NCBI GenBank assembly: GCA_012295275.1
Contig: CM022678.1
Span: 19,158,001 to 19,222,000 of the forward strand
Length of the DNA: 64,000 nucleotides
Reading direction: 5' to 3'
From: Chrysomallon squamiferum
Lineage: Eukaryota > Animalia > Mollusca
Shown: positions 26,273 to 41,274 of the stretch, piece after piece
Numbering within the stretch: the first letter of the stretch is position 1
Layout of the letters: every line of letters begins with the position of its first letter
Translations under genes and position numbers: made by a program
Notes under the pieces: generated by a model
What the model was told of the DNA's origin: nothing
The model's input: the letters and a program-made list of their open reading frames with translations, nothing else
Database searches by the model: none

Positions 26273-26905
26273 CTCATGAACAACAACAATTATATTTATA
26301 TAAGGATTCCTTCTCCAAAATGGATGGATTGGAAATGTTTTGCTAACTGAATTTTCAGTTTTTGGAATGTAAAACGATAGTAGGAAAATATGGTCTGTTT
26401 TCAAAAGATAAATCCATAAATAGATGCTACAGTATATATAGCTTAAAGATTAAATCTACGTGTACAGGTTTTACAGACGGTCTACAGTTATTTTAATATA
26501 TTTTTCAAAAACTTTATGGTTGAAATTAAATTTGTGTAATCTAAAGTGTAATATAAGTATCAAGGCTTATTTATAATATAATATAATATAATATAATATA
26601 TGTTTTTCTATATATGTCTGTCTATATCTATATATATAGTAATTATGCTTAAATAAAATGATGATTTAGTGTATCCTTTTCTGTTTATTGGTTTTTTATT
26701 GTAATTGTGCCTATTGGTCAGCGAATTGTGTTAATAATAAAATCTTTGTATGTGAATAATGTTTGGTATTTTTGTAATTTAGAGTTGCAAGTGTAACAAG
26801 TTTTAATTAATCTTATTTTTATATAAAAGCTTTGTGTTACTGTCATGAGATGAAATGTTTACACCAAAATTTTGACCTTTTCAGCTTCATAATAATAATA
26901 ATAAC

Positions 26906-26937
<32 letters not shown>

Positions 26938-27574
26938 CAAAAAAACGGGGAAGAAATAGAAAACAGCAATAAAACTGACAGCATCAACGACAAGAATGGC
27001 GACAAGAACGCCGTCAAGTAAGACAATTACTACTATTAGATCATTGGCATCAACGACAGCAAGAATAATAAAGTGAAAATTAATTTAATTTAAATTTGAA
27101 TTTCTTTTGCATCTTCAAATTCGTTTCACATTTAAAATATAGAAACAATATGAACGACTAAAACTCTACTACTACAATTTCTACTATCATTACTGTTCCT
27201 ATTAACAGTATTTCTACGACGACTACTAATCATAATAATAATGGTTGTTAAGGAAATAAATAAAAATTAGCAGTGTCGTGTTTTGTTAAGGAACAACTAT
27301 CCAGTCAACTTTCAAAACAGGATGATCTGAAAAAAAATAATATATATATAAAAGTAAATAAATAAAAGAAAACGAATTAAATGAACAAATCAAAATATCG
27401 GCAGTACTAATGCGATGAATGAACAATAAATAAATTTTAGATGTAGATCGCCACATCGATATATAGAGAGACACAGACTGTAACACTGTAACATAATCAT
27501 AGAATATTTTTCCCAAGCCATGATAGAAATTAGTTTTATTGTCATGTGTCATCGTTAAACAAAATCTAATAAAA

Positions 27575-27745
<171 letters not shown>

Positions 27746-28005
27746 ATCGTACGTAAGTCGTAAATAGTTTCTAAATACACTTAGACATTTTTTCTCTTTT
27801 CTTTTGCACGTGATTCAAGGATAATCTATTAACACACTCTATTATAAAGTGCAGCAAACGACGCAACACATTCGAAACTCCGTTTGGCACATAAGAGAAA
27901 CATTTGCAAAACTGGATGCTAAAGTTTGCCAACAGCAGTCAGAATTGGATAGCATAAATATACTTGTCCTGGACGTTGAAATTAAATAATAATAATAATA
28001 ATAAT

Positions 28006-28047
<42 letters not shown>

Positions 28048-28129
28048 AACGACGACAACAACAATAATAGAACTTAAAAAATATATGTAAAAGTTAAGAA
28101 AAAAGTAAAAATAAAATTAGCAAGACCTC

Positions 28130-29204
28130 ACGATCAAACTGATCTCGAAAATCTCAGTTTTATATTGTGTTAGCAATTTCATAATAAAATGGACTCTGTC
28201 CGGGCATGATAACCTAAAGAGCACCTAGCCATAATAAGGAGCTGTTGTCGTGAATGTGTTTATATTGTTGTCATACACACCTTACATAGATTGTTTATCT
28301 ACACTTACTGTATTGACTCTTCGAATTTAAATAAGGAAAGTAGACACCTGATTTATATGACATTGAAATAGTAAAGCAAAAAGTTTTGGACTGTTCGTTT
28401 GAGAGTAAGGAACGTCCAGCGAGAATGTGTAAGTTTGATTTAAAATCTGTTATTACAATGTTTTTGTTTGTTTGTTTGTTTTTTTGTTTTTCATTATTTA
28501 TTTATTTATTTATTTATTTTTTGTAACTTATAGAAATAAATCAAGTGTTACAGAAATATGAGACAAAAATCTGTTTATAATAATTATTATTATTTTAGTA
28601 TTTCAATTTTTTACATTTAAAATGTAGACGCAGGTTATTTCGCTTCTATTCTCTGACCCAGAAAGTATGCTAAACACTGCACAGTTTTGGTTCCTCAAAG
28701 TACTAGAAAAAGAAAGAAAGAAAGAAAGAAAGAAAGAAAACGCTACTAATAAATATTTCTTATATCTTCTGGATCTGTTTACTCGCTGCATTTAATTCAA
28801 ACTCCGTGATCTAATTTTGCAAACACGTTTCTTTTTCTGTGCTGTTATACATAGGCTGATAAGTGCGCTATGTTTACCTCACGTACGCTCATAAATGTAA
28901 ATAAGGGTACGGAGTTACTGGGCCTGCCTAGTTAGAAACCTGAGATATTTCATTTATTTATTTGTTTATTATTGTTTTATGTTATCTAAAAATAATAATA
29001 ATAATTAAAAAAAAAATAATGATAATAATAATAATAAAAAAGTAATAAAAAATAAAAATAATAAGTGAAAAATAAAACAGAGATATCTCCTTTTATTAGT
29101 ATCTTATATATTTTTAAAGATGTTCTTATTCCTGGCTTTTGAAGTAGATGGTTTATAATAATAATAATGATAATAATAATAATAATAAAAATAATAATAT
29201 AAAA

Positions 29205-29256
<52 letters not shown>

Positions 29257-29745
29257 GATGACATCAAGTAAAAAGTAAATTAGGAAGGCCTTACGATCAG
29301 ACTGATCTCAATTTCCTCACAAAATATATTTGTTTAAATTTAATAATTTTAATTTTAATATTTGAAGCTACTTATCGAATTCTGTCAGAAAACCCCCAAT
29401 ATAGAATTAGTAATTTGATAGTAAAATGGACTATGACCGGGCATGATAACTTACAGAGCACGTAGACATGATAAGGAGCTGTTGTAGTTAATGTGTTTAT
29501 ATTGTTGTCATGCGACGCGGTTATACATACCTTATAGATTGTTTATCTACATTTACTGTGTAAACACCTGATTTATGTGACACTGAAAAATTAAAGCTAT
29601 CGCAGTTGTTGACTGTTGTTTGAGAGTAAGGAACATCCAGCGAGAACGTGTAAGTTTGATTTAAATATGTTATTACGATAACAAACATGATATTAAACAA
29701 TAATAAATAAATAAATCAAGTTTGCAGATATACGAGGCAAAATAT

Positions 29746-29801
<56 letters not shown>

Positions 29802-30130
29802 TTTTAATTATTAACATATAAAATGTAGACGCATGTCATTTCGCTGAATAGTGTCTCACCTAGAGTCTATGCTAAACACTACACAGCTTTGTAAAGGAAA
29901 AATTCTGGTAACAAATAGTTCTTATATCTTCTGGATCTGTTTACTCGCTATATTTATTGAAAATCTCACTGACCTAATTTCACAAACACGTTTGAGTTTC
30001 TATGCTGTTATACATCGGCTGATTAGTTCTATACATTTACTTCACGTAACTTTATAAACGTAAAGAAGGGTACAGAGCTGTATGTAATACGTAGTTAAAA
30101 ACTAGAGATATTTCATTTATTTATTTGTTT
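28130..30130 (+). repeat. Tandem duplication (about 1.1 kb unit) of the upstream regulatory region of copy E
   Basis: The GTAAGT module occurs at 28429 and 29650. The conserved IRF-like block occurs at about 28780-28870 and about 29940-30025. Confidence 0.8.
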
Positions 30131-30289
30131 ATTGTTCTTTTATGTGAATGAAAAAAATCATTAGTCTTCTTCTTCTTCATCTTCTTCTTTTTCTTCTTCT
30201 TCTTCTTCTTCTTCTTCTTCCTCCTCTTCTTCTTCTTCTTCTTATTATTATTAGTTGAAACCATACCTCTGGAAACGAGAGGAATATAA

Positions 30290-30351
<62 letters not shown>

Positions 30352-30439
30352 TAACAATAATAATAATAATAATAAAGAAGAAGAAGAAGACGACGTTTTT
30401 TTCGCCTTCAGCAAATTCCAATTACTTATATTTTTTCAG

Positions 30440-32570
30440 CAACACACGAGGACATTTCCTTCGAAAAGAGACTGGAATCGTTTCCTCACTCCTTTCATCT
30501 TACAGATCTCATGTTCTACTAAAAACAGCTTAGAGAAAAATTACTTGAAAAGTTTCAAGGAAAACCGAAAGAAGAGAAATCAAATGAGATTGAAGAATAT
30601 GAAAATGGAAAGATAAGTTACATTCGCACCAACAATTTTGTCTCCTTCCTGCTGTTTGTGCTAGGAGATCAAGACTAAGCAATCGAGATAAACGTAGAAG
30701 TCTGTCGTCGAGACCCTACTAACATTGTTGCTCGTGCAAACCGTGTGCATGTTCTGTTAAAACAGGATAAGCGTTCTGCTGAATCAGAATTAATCGAATT
30801 AGAAAACCTGAAGGGAGACTTTGACAGAATGCGTGCTGTAGCTGAAGCTGAACTTGCTTATTGCTTCTCTAAACTAACACCAGCTTCTTATCCAAAGGCT
30901 CTGAAACTGTGCAGAAAATTAAATGAGAATTATACTGAAGAATACGAGTGGAAATTTGGTGAGGGTCTAACACTTAGGCGATCTCTGTCCGCTCAAAGCT
31001 ATTCAATTCAGTCAGGTGTGGATGTCGTTGAACTCGCTGTCAGATGCTGTAAACTGCTACAAGAAGTAGGCAATAAAGGACAGAACCACTGAATACCATG
31101 CCGTATGCCGAGCTCGGGGAATTAGCGAAACGGCTTAAATTTGGATGGATGCCATTTGAAGACAGAAAGCTCGTAAAAGCGGTGCAACAAGAAACTGAGC
31201 TGCTTTCGCGTGAGGAATATTTTAATAAAGCTCTTGATTTAGGCAAATACGTTCCCGTTGCGGTAAGCATTTCCTAAACACAAAGCAACTGGATAAAGCT
31301 GAGAGTTTGTTAGAAGAGTCAGTCAGGCTTCGGCCTACTGGAAATGCTCTTCATCAGCTGGGAAAGGTTCTGCTCAAAAAAGCGAAATCGGAAAATGACC
31401 AAGAAACATTTCAGCGTGCGATAGAAACTTTAAAACAGGCCGTTGAGTCACACACGGCACAAATTTTGATGCCGCATTTGACTTGGCTTCCGCTTACATC
31501 ACTAATAAATTCTTTGAAGATGGTGAATCCGTCTTAAGAGGTGTAATAGAAGGAACGGAAGCTGATACATACCCATTCTATGAAATTTCTGCCTTTATGG
31601 AATTGAGTAAAATTCGATTTGAAAAAAGAAAAATAGCGGTCTTTCTTCAGACGAAAAGGCTTTTCTAAGGAAAGAAATGATAAACTACAAAATTCTTGCT
31701 ATAGAAGCTTCTTCGCCTGAAATGCTTTACAAATATCGCACTTATTTTAAAACGGTAACTGATTTGGTGATGCAAACGAATGGTCCACCTGAAGTACCAA
31801 TGCCGTGGCAAGTTGAAGGTATCTACTGGATGATTAGTGAATTAGCCCATTTTCTTCCGATTCATGAGAAGACTGAAAACCAAGAACAAGGACTAGAGGA
31901 CTGGGTTAGAATTACAGAAGAATATCTTAATAAAAAAGAATACGAAAATGCCAGACTGTGTGTAAGTCTGATGATGGGCACCCAAGAAGCTGATAAGGTT
32001 GTTCCTTTAATCAGTCGAGGTTACCTGAAAACAGCACAGCATATCTTATCAACAGTCGAGTCACCGGGTAAAGCTTGGTCATGTTTCAGGAGGATTTTTA
32101 AGTTCTATTACAAAACGAACAAAGAAGATGAAATAAATGGCGCTGATGTCATGATTCTCCATGACAAAGACGACTGGGAAACATCACACATTTCAAACAA
32201 GATTCAGCAAGTTATAGAAGACTATACAGGTCTCAAAGTCACGAGAAATGATGAGCTTTCGTTTGAAGGAATGGATGATATCTATTTTTACGAACAACTG
32301 ATGCCTCTTATTCGATGCATTGTTGTAGTTGTTCATTCGGATACGCCAAACACACACTGGAAACAGGCCATTGATTTGGCAATAGCAACTGCTACAAAAA
32401 ATGAGAAGATGATGATTGTGTTCTTGAAATCAGGAGAGACTCATCGTGTCACTGAACTGAATGATTTCAAAACAGGAAAAACTCCACCAGACGAAGCAGA
32501 CGACAAAGCTGCAGTGGACTGGCTGCTGGAAACTTTTCCACTTCTTGTTAATGCTGACGTCAATTTGTAA
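30440..32570 (+). pseudogene. Copy E: disrupted TPR-TIR paralog
   Basis: Acceptor ttttttcag|ca at 30440, with no recognisable ATG exon. Stops at 30520-30522 and about 30675. Frameshifts at about 31081, 31260, 31448 and 31630. The last 297 codons (31677-32570) are open. Confidence 0.9.
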
Positions 32571-33405
32571 ATGTGGTAATTTACTGATCTTAACAATAAT
32601 TTGAATTGAACTGCATGGATTGTTCGACTGTCTTAAAGTACTACTACTACTGCTATTATTACTACTACTACTACAAGAACAACAACAAAAACAAGAATAA
32701 TAATACTAATAATAATATTAATAACAATAATAATAATAATAATAATAATAATCATAATAACAATAATAATCACATGAAGATGATCGGCAACAAAAGCAAT
32801 TATGCTAATAATTATATTTATATTAGGATTCCTTCTACAAAATGTTTGGACTGCAAATGTTTTCGATTACTGTATTTTTTCAGTTTTAAGAATATAAATA
32901 TATATATATATATATATCTGAAACATATATAGCTTAAAAATTAAATCTACGTATACAGGTTGTAAAGACGGTCTACAGTTATTTTAATATATTTTTTAAT
33001 AACGTTATGGTTGAAATGAAATTTGTGTAATGTAAAGGGTAACATAAGTATCATGGCTTATTTATAATATAATATATTATAATATAATTATATGTTTTTG
33101 TATCTCTGTCTGTCTATATCTATATACAAAGTAATTATGCCTGAATAAAATGCTGATTTAGAGTATCCTTTTATCTTTTTATTGTTTTGTGTGTTATTGT
33201 GGCTCCAGATCAGTGAATTGTATTAATGATAAAGTCTTTGTATGTGAATAGTTTTCACAATTTTGTAATTTAGAGTTGGAAGTGTAAGCTGTTTTAATTC
33301 ATCCTATTTTTACATAAAGAGCTTTGTGTGAAGTTACTGTTATCAGGTGAAATGTCTACACTAACCTTTTGACCTTTTCATCTTAGTGTTTATTGTAATA
33401 ATAAT

Positions 33406-33450
<45 letters not shown>

Positions 33451-34572
33451 AATAATAATAATAATAATAATAATTGTAATTATAAAGTTAAAACGAAGAA
33501 GAAATAGAAAACAACAACAATTAAATTGACACCAACAAAGACAAGAACGGAAACAAGAACAATAAAATGTAAGACAGTTACTACCACTATATGATTGACC
33601 TGAACAACAGGAAAAATAATAAAGTGAAAATGAATTGAATTTAAGTTTGAACGTTTCACTTTTTTCATATATAAATTTGTTTCTAATTTGGTGTATAGAA
33701 ACAGTACGAACGACTAAAAGACTAGTACTGCTACTGCTATTTCTACTATCACTACTCTTCTTATTAACAGTACTGCAGCTGTAACTATTTCTACTACTAC
33801 TACTTCTAATGGTAATGGTTATTAAGTAAACAAATGAATATCGTGATTTTTTAAATTTACTATCCAGTCCACTTTCCAATCCGGATGATCTTACTTATTG
33901 ATTTATTCATTATTTATTTATTTATTTATTTATTTTGTTTGTTTTTCAGTATAAATACAGACTATATAACATTTAGTTCTGGTTGTTATGATAAGAAGAC
34001 AACATATTAAAAACAGATGTTTTTTTAATTATAATTTTTTCTATATATATTTTTTTTTTTTATTACGTTGTGTTGTTGTTGTTTTTTTTTGTTTTTTGTT
34101 TCGAAAGACTAAAAGAAAAAAGTAATAATAATAAATAAATAAATAAATACATAAATAATAAAAAATAAATAAAAAATTAGAAATTCCACATGTCAGAGAT
34201 ACTTGCACATAATTATAATATAAAAATAAAAATATCTCACAGGTAAAAGATCATGCAGAAACTTGCTGTGAATTAGTCTGTCATAGAATAAGAGAACTTT
34301 CATTTGTTAATCAATATAATGCATAGTGTGTTTCATAGATTTTGAATATGCGTTCGTTTCACAGTACTCTTTAGAAACCTTGATCCATTCATTTAACTTT
34401 ATAAACCTGGTCTTTCCTAAATAACGCAGTGAGTTTTGATTCACTTTAGATAATCCGATAACTAGTAACAAGGAGTGATGATGATGATAATAATAACAAT
34501 CATTTGTTATCAGTACGATTCTTCTTTTTCTTCTTTTTTTCTTCTTCGTCTTATTATTCTTCTATTATTATT

Positions 34573-34628
<56 letters not shown>

Positions 34629-34939
34629 ACTGGTGTGATAAAGCTATATAAATATGATATTTATATACTACTGTGATCAGGGACACAATTCCATTTTTGA
34701 ATAGATCATGTTTTAAAATGAAATAAATATTACTGTCAAAATTCTGCTTTATTTTATTCCTTCATATTTAATTTCTAGAAAAAAATCTCTAATAAGAAAA
34801 TGGCATTTAGCCTTTTGAAATCAACTATCACGTACTTCAGAAATGACAACATAACTCGTGATGCAGTTTTCACCAGGGGAGCAGAAAAAAAAATGGATAG
34901 CTACCTCATGTAGCCTGAATAACATGCATACTGATTCAA

Positions 34940-35139
34940 NNNNNNNNNNNNNNNNNNNNNNNNNNNNNNNNNNNNNNNNNNNNNNNNNNNNNNNNNNNNN
35001 NNNNNNNNNNNNNNNNNNNNNNNNNNNNNNNNNNNNNNNNNNNNNNNNNNNNNNNNNNNNNNNNNNNNNNNNNNNNNNNNNNNNNNNNNNNNNNNNNNNN
35101 NNNNNNNNNNNNNNNNNNNNNNNNNNNNNNNNNNNNNNN
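34940..35139. other. Assembly gap (200 N)
   Basis: Exactly 200 Ns, typical of a fixed-length scaffolding join of unknown true size. Confidence 0.98.
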
Positions 35140-36287
35140 GTCCATTTTGTTATTAAATTACTAATGTAATAAAATAGCGAGCTCCATTGACATTTTATAT
35201 GTGTAGCTTTAAATAGGTTCTAATTATTAAATATTTAAAAACAGAGAAAGATTTATAAGATTTTGTCTTTTCTTATCTAAGCTGAAGTTTATTTCACTTC
35301 ATGTGTGTTTATTTATTATACTTCCTTACAAGTGTTATATATCAACACGCAATTTATTAAGCGGGTATAGACTTAATTGCTAACTTAAATATTATTTTGT
35401 AGGAAATTTAGTCATTTAGTTGACATCATTAATTACACTGAAACCACGCATTAGTAATTTTCGTGGAATTAGAACAATAAGTTAGCCGTTCGTTCTCCGA
35501 AGTAATTTGCTATGTTTAACTATATGCTGGACGAATGAACGTGTTTAGAAATCTGATGTCAGATACACCATTTAAAGTTAACTTTATATATTTATTTTCT
35601 ACGTTATAACTTAATGGACAAGTAATGAATAAACTATTAGTTAAAGATAAAGTACAAGAAGGGAATATAAAATTTTAATTCAAACTTACACGTTTTCGCT
35701 GGATGTTCCTTACTCCGAAATTAGCCGTCAGTATAATATAAACTTCTTTCTACTTTCCTTTTTCAGTTTCACGAATAGGCTCAGAAAGACGATATGACAG
35801 TTTCAAAATGTTTCCTAATCAGGTAATATTCTGTTTAGGTTCAAATATTGAAGAAAATATTATTTGGAATACTTCAGAAAACTGTTCACGAGGTATTATT
35901 ATTATTATTGTTGTTGTTGTTGTCTCTTTTTCAAGTTATTTAGTAAACGTGATTAAACAAAAAACTGAAACCACGCATTAGAAATTTTCGTCGAAATAGA
36001 AGTATAAGGTGTACGTTCGTTCAGGGAATGTATCTGGTTTGTGTCACTAGATACTGGATTAATCAACACATTTACAAGTGTAATCTCAAATACAAAAGCG
36101 AAGTTTATATTTATTTTCTATATAACTTAGCTATTAATATTCGTGAATATGATTAAAAAACGTCAAAGCACAGGTGACTAATTCTCGAAAAACTCCATAA
36201 ATATGCTAAATATTCGAATCAACGAACACATCGATAAAAAACATGTCTACTGTGTGAAACGGTGTGCAGCAAATAATAATAATAACA

Positions 36288-36344
<57 letters not shown>

Positions 36345-38083
36345 TTCATAAGATATTTTCTTAATGCTAACTTGAGCAGTATTTTCCACTAAAATTATTT
36401 ATTTAGTAAACGTGATTAAACAAACTGAATCTACGCGTTAGAAATTTTGTGGAAGTAGAAGTTAAGGTGTACGTTCTTTCAGCGAATTTATGTCATTTGT
36501 GTAACTAGATACTGGATGAATCATCATATTTAGACATGCGATGTCAAATGCAAAATTTAATGCTAAATTTATATATTTCTTTTCTTAGTAATTTCGTATT
36601 AATTTTTGCGAACGTGATTAAACAAAATCAAATGACACGTGACTAATTCTCGTGAAATTTGAGAAATACGAAAAATTTTGGGATCAATGAACACATCGAG
36701 AAATGCCATGTCTACTGTGTGAAAACTGTTTGCGGCAAATTTAATAATAATAATAATATTAATAATAACAATAATAATTAATTAATTAATTAATAAATAA
36801 AATAAAATAAAATGAAAGTGAAAAATGACAATAAAAAATGATAATTTTTGTGTTACCTTTATATAATAAATAAATAAATAAATAAAATAAAAGTGAAAAT
36901 ATGAAAATAAAAAGAAATAATTTTTAAGTTACCTTTACATAAATATTAAACATTTTTAGGTCATCACAATTTTACTGGCTCGAAAAAGTTTTCCGTCAAT
37001 TTACGTGTTCTTACCTTTTCTGAGCTAAGGTGAATTTTTTGTTAATTTGTTGTGCTATTTGCTTTTGGGGTATTTTACATTATACTTCCTTGTATTTACA
37101 ACTTATATATCAGTTACCTATCCCGGAATCATAGTTATCATTTCATGTACAAGTAAAGAATAAACTGTTAATAAAAGTTAAAGTATATGGTCGAAATAAC
37201 AAAATTTAAATCAAACTTACACGTTCTCTCTGGATGTTCCTTACTGCGAAACTAACTGTCAGTGTTATATAAGTGACTTCTTTCTATTTTCGTTTTAAAT
37301 TCCACGAATAGTTTAGAAAGACGATATGATCGTCGTAAAAGCTGTGTGAAAATGCTTTGTAATACTGCATTATTCTGTGCAGATTTAAATAGTAAAGAAA
37401 ATATTATTTCGAAAGCCAGACAAATTGTTTATGGACATTATTAGTAGTATTGTTGTTATTATTATTATTATTATTATTATTGTTGTTGTTGTTGTTATTG
37501 CTGTTGTTGTTACTGTTGTTGTTATTGTTATGTTTTTCTATTGCACGGTTGTAATCTGTAGAAAATAAAACTAAATAAAATTTGTCAACAAGATATTTTT
37601 TTTTTAATCCTTTGCTTTAACAGTATTTTCCACTAAATTTAGTTATTTAGTAAACGTGATTAAACACACTGAAACAATGTGTTAGTAATTTTCGTGGTAA
37701 TAGAAGTAGAAGGTTTGCGTCCGTTCAGCGAACTTATCTGTTTTGTGTAACTAGATGCTGGATGAATGAACGTATTTAGTGCAATTAGAAGTATAAGGTT
37801 TACATTCGTTAAGCGAAGTTATTTGGTTTGTGCAACTAGATACTGGGTAAATCAAACCATTCAGAAATGTGATATCCAATACAAAATTTAAAGCTACTTT
37901 ATATATTTATTTTCTACATAATTCAACTATTAATTTTCGTGAACGCGATTAAACAAAGACAAAGCACACATGACTAATTCTTGTAAAAACTGAGAAATAT
38001 GCCAAATATTCGGATCAACGAACACATCGAGAAATATCATGTCTACTGTGTGAAACGGTTTGCAGGAAATAATAATAATAATG

Positions 38084-38158
<75 letters not shown>

Positions 38159-38887
38159 TAAAATAAAATAAAATAAATAAATAAATAATAACAAATAAAT
38201 AAATAAATAAATAAGTGATAAAGTTTTCTTTCCGTATTTGTATAAATTTAAGGAATCACAGCTCTGTAGTGCTTGGGCCAGAGAATAAGAAACAAAATCA
38301 CCAGCTTCAAAATTTCAATAAATACAGAACAAAAAAGAAGAGGAAATTTTTGTCTCAGCTTTATATAATAATAATTTTTATTTGTCCATAAAAGTTTTAC
38401 TGGTTTCAAAAGCCTTTCCCGTCGATTTACGTGTTTTACTTTTTTTTAACCTAAGCTGAAGTTTAAGTTAAAGTGTTGATATTGATGGAAAGTTTAGTAT
38501 GAACTTGTTTGTTATTTTTTTTTCTTAATTGAGATTTCATAGATGAGATATTTTAGTGTTAATAAAAAATGGTCTACAGAGGAAGAAATTTGTTATTACT
38601 TTATTATTATTAAATTATGGTATAGAAAGGTTCTGCAATTATTACATTATTATTAATAAAGAATAGTATATAAAAGACGGTTATGTAATTTCTACTTATT
38701 ATTAGTGAAGAATGGCTTAGAGAAAGGTTTTTGATAAAAAGTGTAGAGTGTGTTGTTTTTATTTCCTTTTCATGAGCTTGTTCAGTGATGGTAAATTGTA
38801 AAAGCTTGGTATGAATTGTTTTCAAATAAGGTAATATTTTTAAAACAATACTCTTATTTTGAAAGCAATATCAAACTGATGAAGGAT

Positions 38888-38939
<52 letters not shown>

Positions 38940-39740
38940 GTGTTGTTATTTTTTCCTTTCTTTTTCTTCCCAGTGTTCTAACAAATAGAAAAGTAAAACT
39001 TAGACCATCTAAATTTTACTGGACTGAAAATCTTCTTTCCCGTTGATTTACGAGATCTTGTCTTTTCTTAGCTAAACTGAATTTCTATTCAACGTCTTGT
39101 TTTACTTGCTGCTTCTGTATGTGCATTTTACTTCCTTCTAATTATAGCCCGTTATCTATCAAAAGACAATTCGTGAATCAGAGGTATATTTTAATGCTAT
39201 TATTATTTTCCAGGAAATTTACCTCTTTAGCGATTAAACAAACTGAAACCAGGAATTAGTCATTTTCGTAGAATTAGCAAAATAATAATAATAAAAAACC
39301 AAACAAAAAACGTAATTCAATGAACTGGTTTGGTTTGTGTAACTGAATGCTGGATTAATGGACACATGTAGAAACCTGACATCAAATACTTAACTGAAAG
39401 CTATATTATCTATTTATTTTATATGAACAGTAGCTTTAATTTTCACGAACGTGATTAAACAAATAAGGTAAATACGGTAAATATTGCGATCAGCGGAAAC
39501 ATTTAGAAATAAGGCCGAGTGATTTCGCTCTTTAGCAATAAAAGTGTAGACGTTCTGCATTTAAACTGAAAAACGAAATAAATAAATAAATAAATAAATA
39601 AATACTGCGAGTCTTAGTGTTTATTAGATAAAATGCTTAGTGTAAGTGAGGACTTGTTTGATGTGAAGAAAACCGATTGTAACTACAAAAATAAAATAAT
39701 TTTTTTTTTCGTCCTCGTCTTTTCTTAATCTACTAACCGA
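35140..39740 (-). repeat. Diverged tandem copies of the gene family's upstream modules, no CDS
   Basis: The unit tttagtaaacgtgattaaacaaactgaaaccacgcattag...gtaactagatactggat recurs at about 35410, 35940, 36400, 37645 and 39230, and also at about 52600 and 63060. The module aaacttacacgtt...ctggatgttccttact occurs at about 35680 and 37213. Confidence 0.75.
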
Positions 39741-40053
39741 TTTTTGAATCAGTATGCATGTTATTCAGGCTACATGAGGTAGCTATCCCTTTTTTTCTGC
39801 TCCCCTGGTGAAAACTGCATCACGAGTTATGTTGTCATTTCTGAAGTACGTGATAGTTGATTTCAAAAGGCTAAATGCCATTTTCTTATTAGAGATTTTT
39901 TTTCTAGAAATTAAATATGAAGGAATAAAATAAAGCAGAATTTTGACAGTAATATTTATTTCATTTTAAAACATGATCTATTCAAAAATGGAATTGTGTC
40001 CCTGATCACAGTAGTATATAAATATCATATTTATATAGCTTTATCACACCAGT

Positions 40054-40109
<56 letters not shown>

Positions 40110-41232
40110 AATAATAATAGAAGAATAATAAGACGAAGAAGAAAAAGAAGAAAAAGAAGAATCGTACTGATAACAAATGATTGTTATTATTATCATCATC
40201 ATCACTCCTTGTTACTAGTTATCGGATTATCTAAAGTGAATCAAAACTCACTGCGTTATTTAGGAAAGACCAGGTTTATAAAGTTAAATGAATGGATCAA
40301 GGTTTCTAAAGAGTACTGTGAAACGAACGCATATTCAAAATCTATGAAACACACTATGCATTATATTGATTAACAAATGAAAGTTCTCTTATTCTATGAC
40401 AGACTAATTCACAGCAAGTTTCTGCATGATCTTTTACCTGTGAGATATTTTTATTTTTATATTATAATTATGTGCAAGTATCTCTGACATGTGGAATTTC
40501 TAATTTTTTATTTATTTTTTATTATTTATGTATTTATTTATTTATTTATTATTATTACTTTTTTCTTTTAGTCTTTCGAAACAAAAAACAAAAAAAAACA
40601 ACAACAACACAACGTAACAATAAAAAAAAAAAATATATATAGAAAAAATTATAATTAAAAAAACATCTGTTTTTAATATGTTGTCTTCTTATCATAACAA
40701 CCAGAACTAAATGTTATATAGTCTGTATTTATACTGAAAAACAAACAAAATAAATAAATAAATAAATAAATAATGAATAAATCAATAAGTAAGATCATCC
40801 GGATTGGAAAGTGGACTGGATAGTAAATTTAAAAAATCACGATATTCATTTGTTTACTTAATAACCATTACCATTAGAAGTAGTAGTAGTAGAAATAGTT
40901 ACAGCTGCAGTACTGTTAATAAGAAGAGTAGTGATAGTAGAAATAGCAGTAGCAGTACTAGTCTTTTAGTCGTTCGTACTGTTTCTATACACCAAATTAG
41001 AAACAAATTTATATATGAAAAAAGTGAAACGTTCAAACTTAAATTCAATTCATTTTCACTTTATTATTTTTCCTGTTGTTCGGGTCAATCATATACTGGT
41101 AGTAATTGTCTTACATTTTATTGTTTTTGTTGCCGTTCTTGTCTTTGTTGGTGTCAATTTTATTGTTGTTGTTTTCTATTTCTTCTTCGTTTTAACTTTA
41201 TAATTACAATTATTATTATTATTATTATTATT

Positions 41233-41274
<42 letters not shown>

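Noticed and set aside
33361-33879. 172-aa ORF also present at 40804-41307
   Set aside because: Low-complexity sequence with a TTG start. Its recurrence reflects the inverted duplication, not protein conservation.
34858-35169. ORFs spanning the N run
   Set aside because: Artefacts of the assembly gap.
35400-39500. Possible CRISPR-like or satellite array
   Set aside because: The units are long, diverged and irregularly spaced, they match the genes' upstream regions, and the context is eukaryotic with no cas genes.
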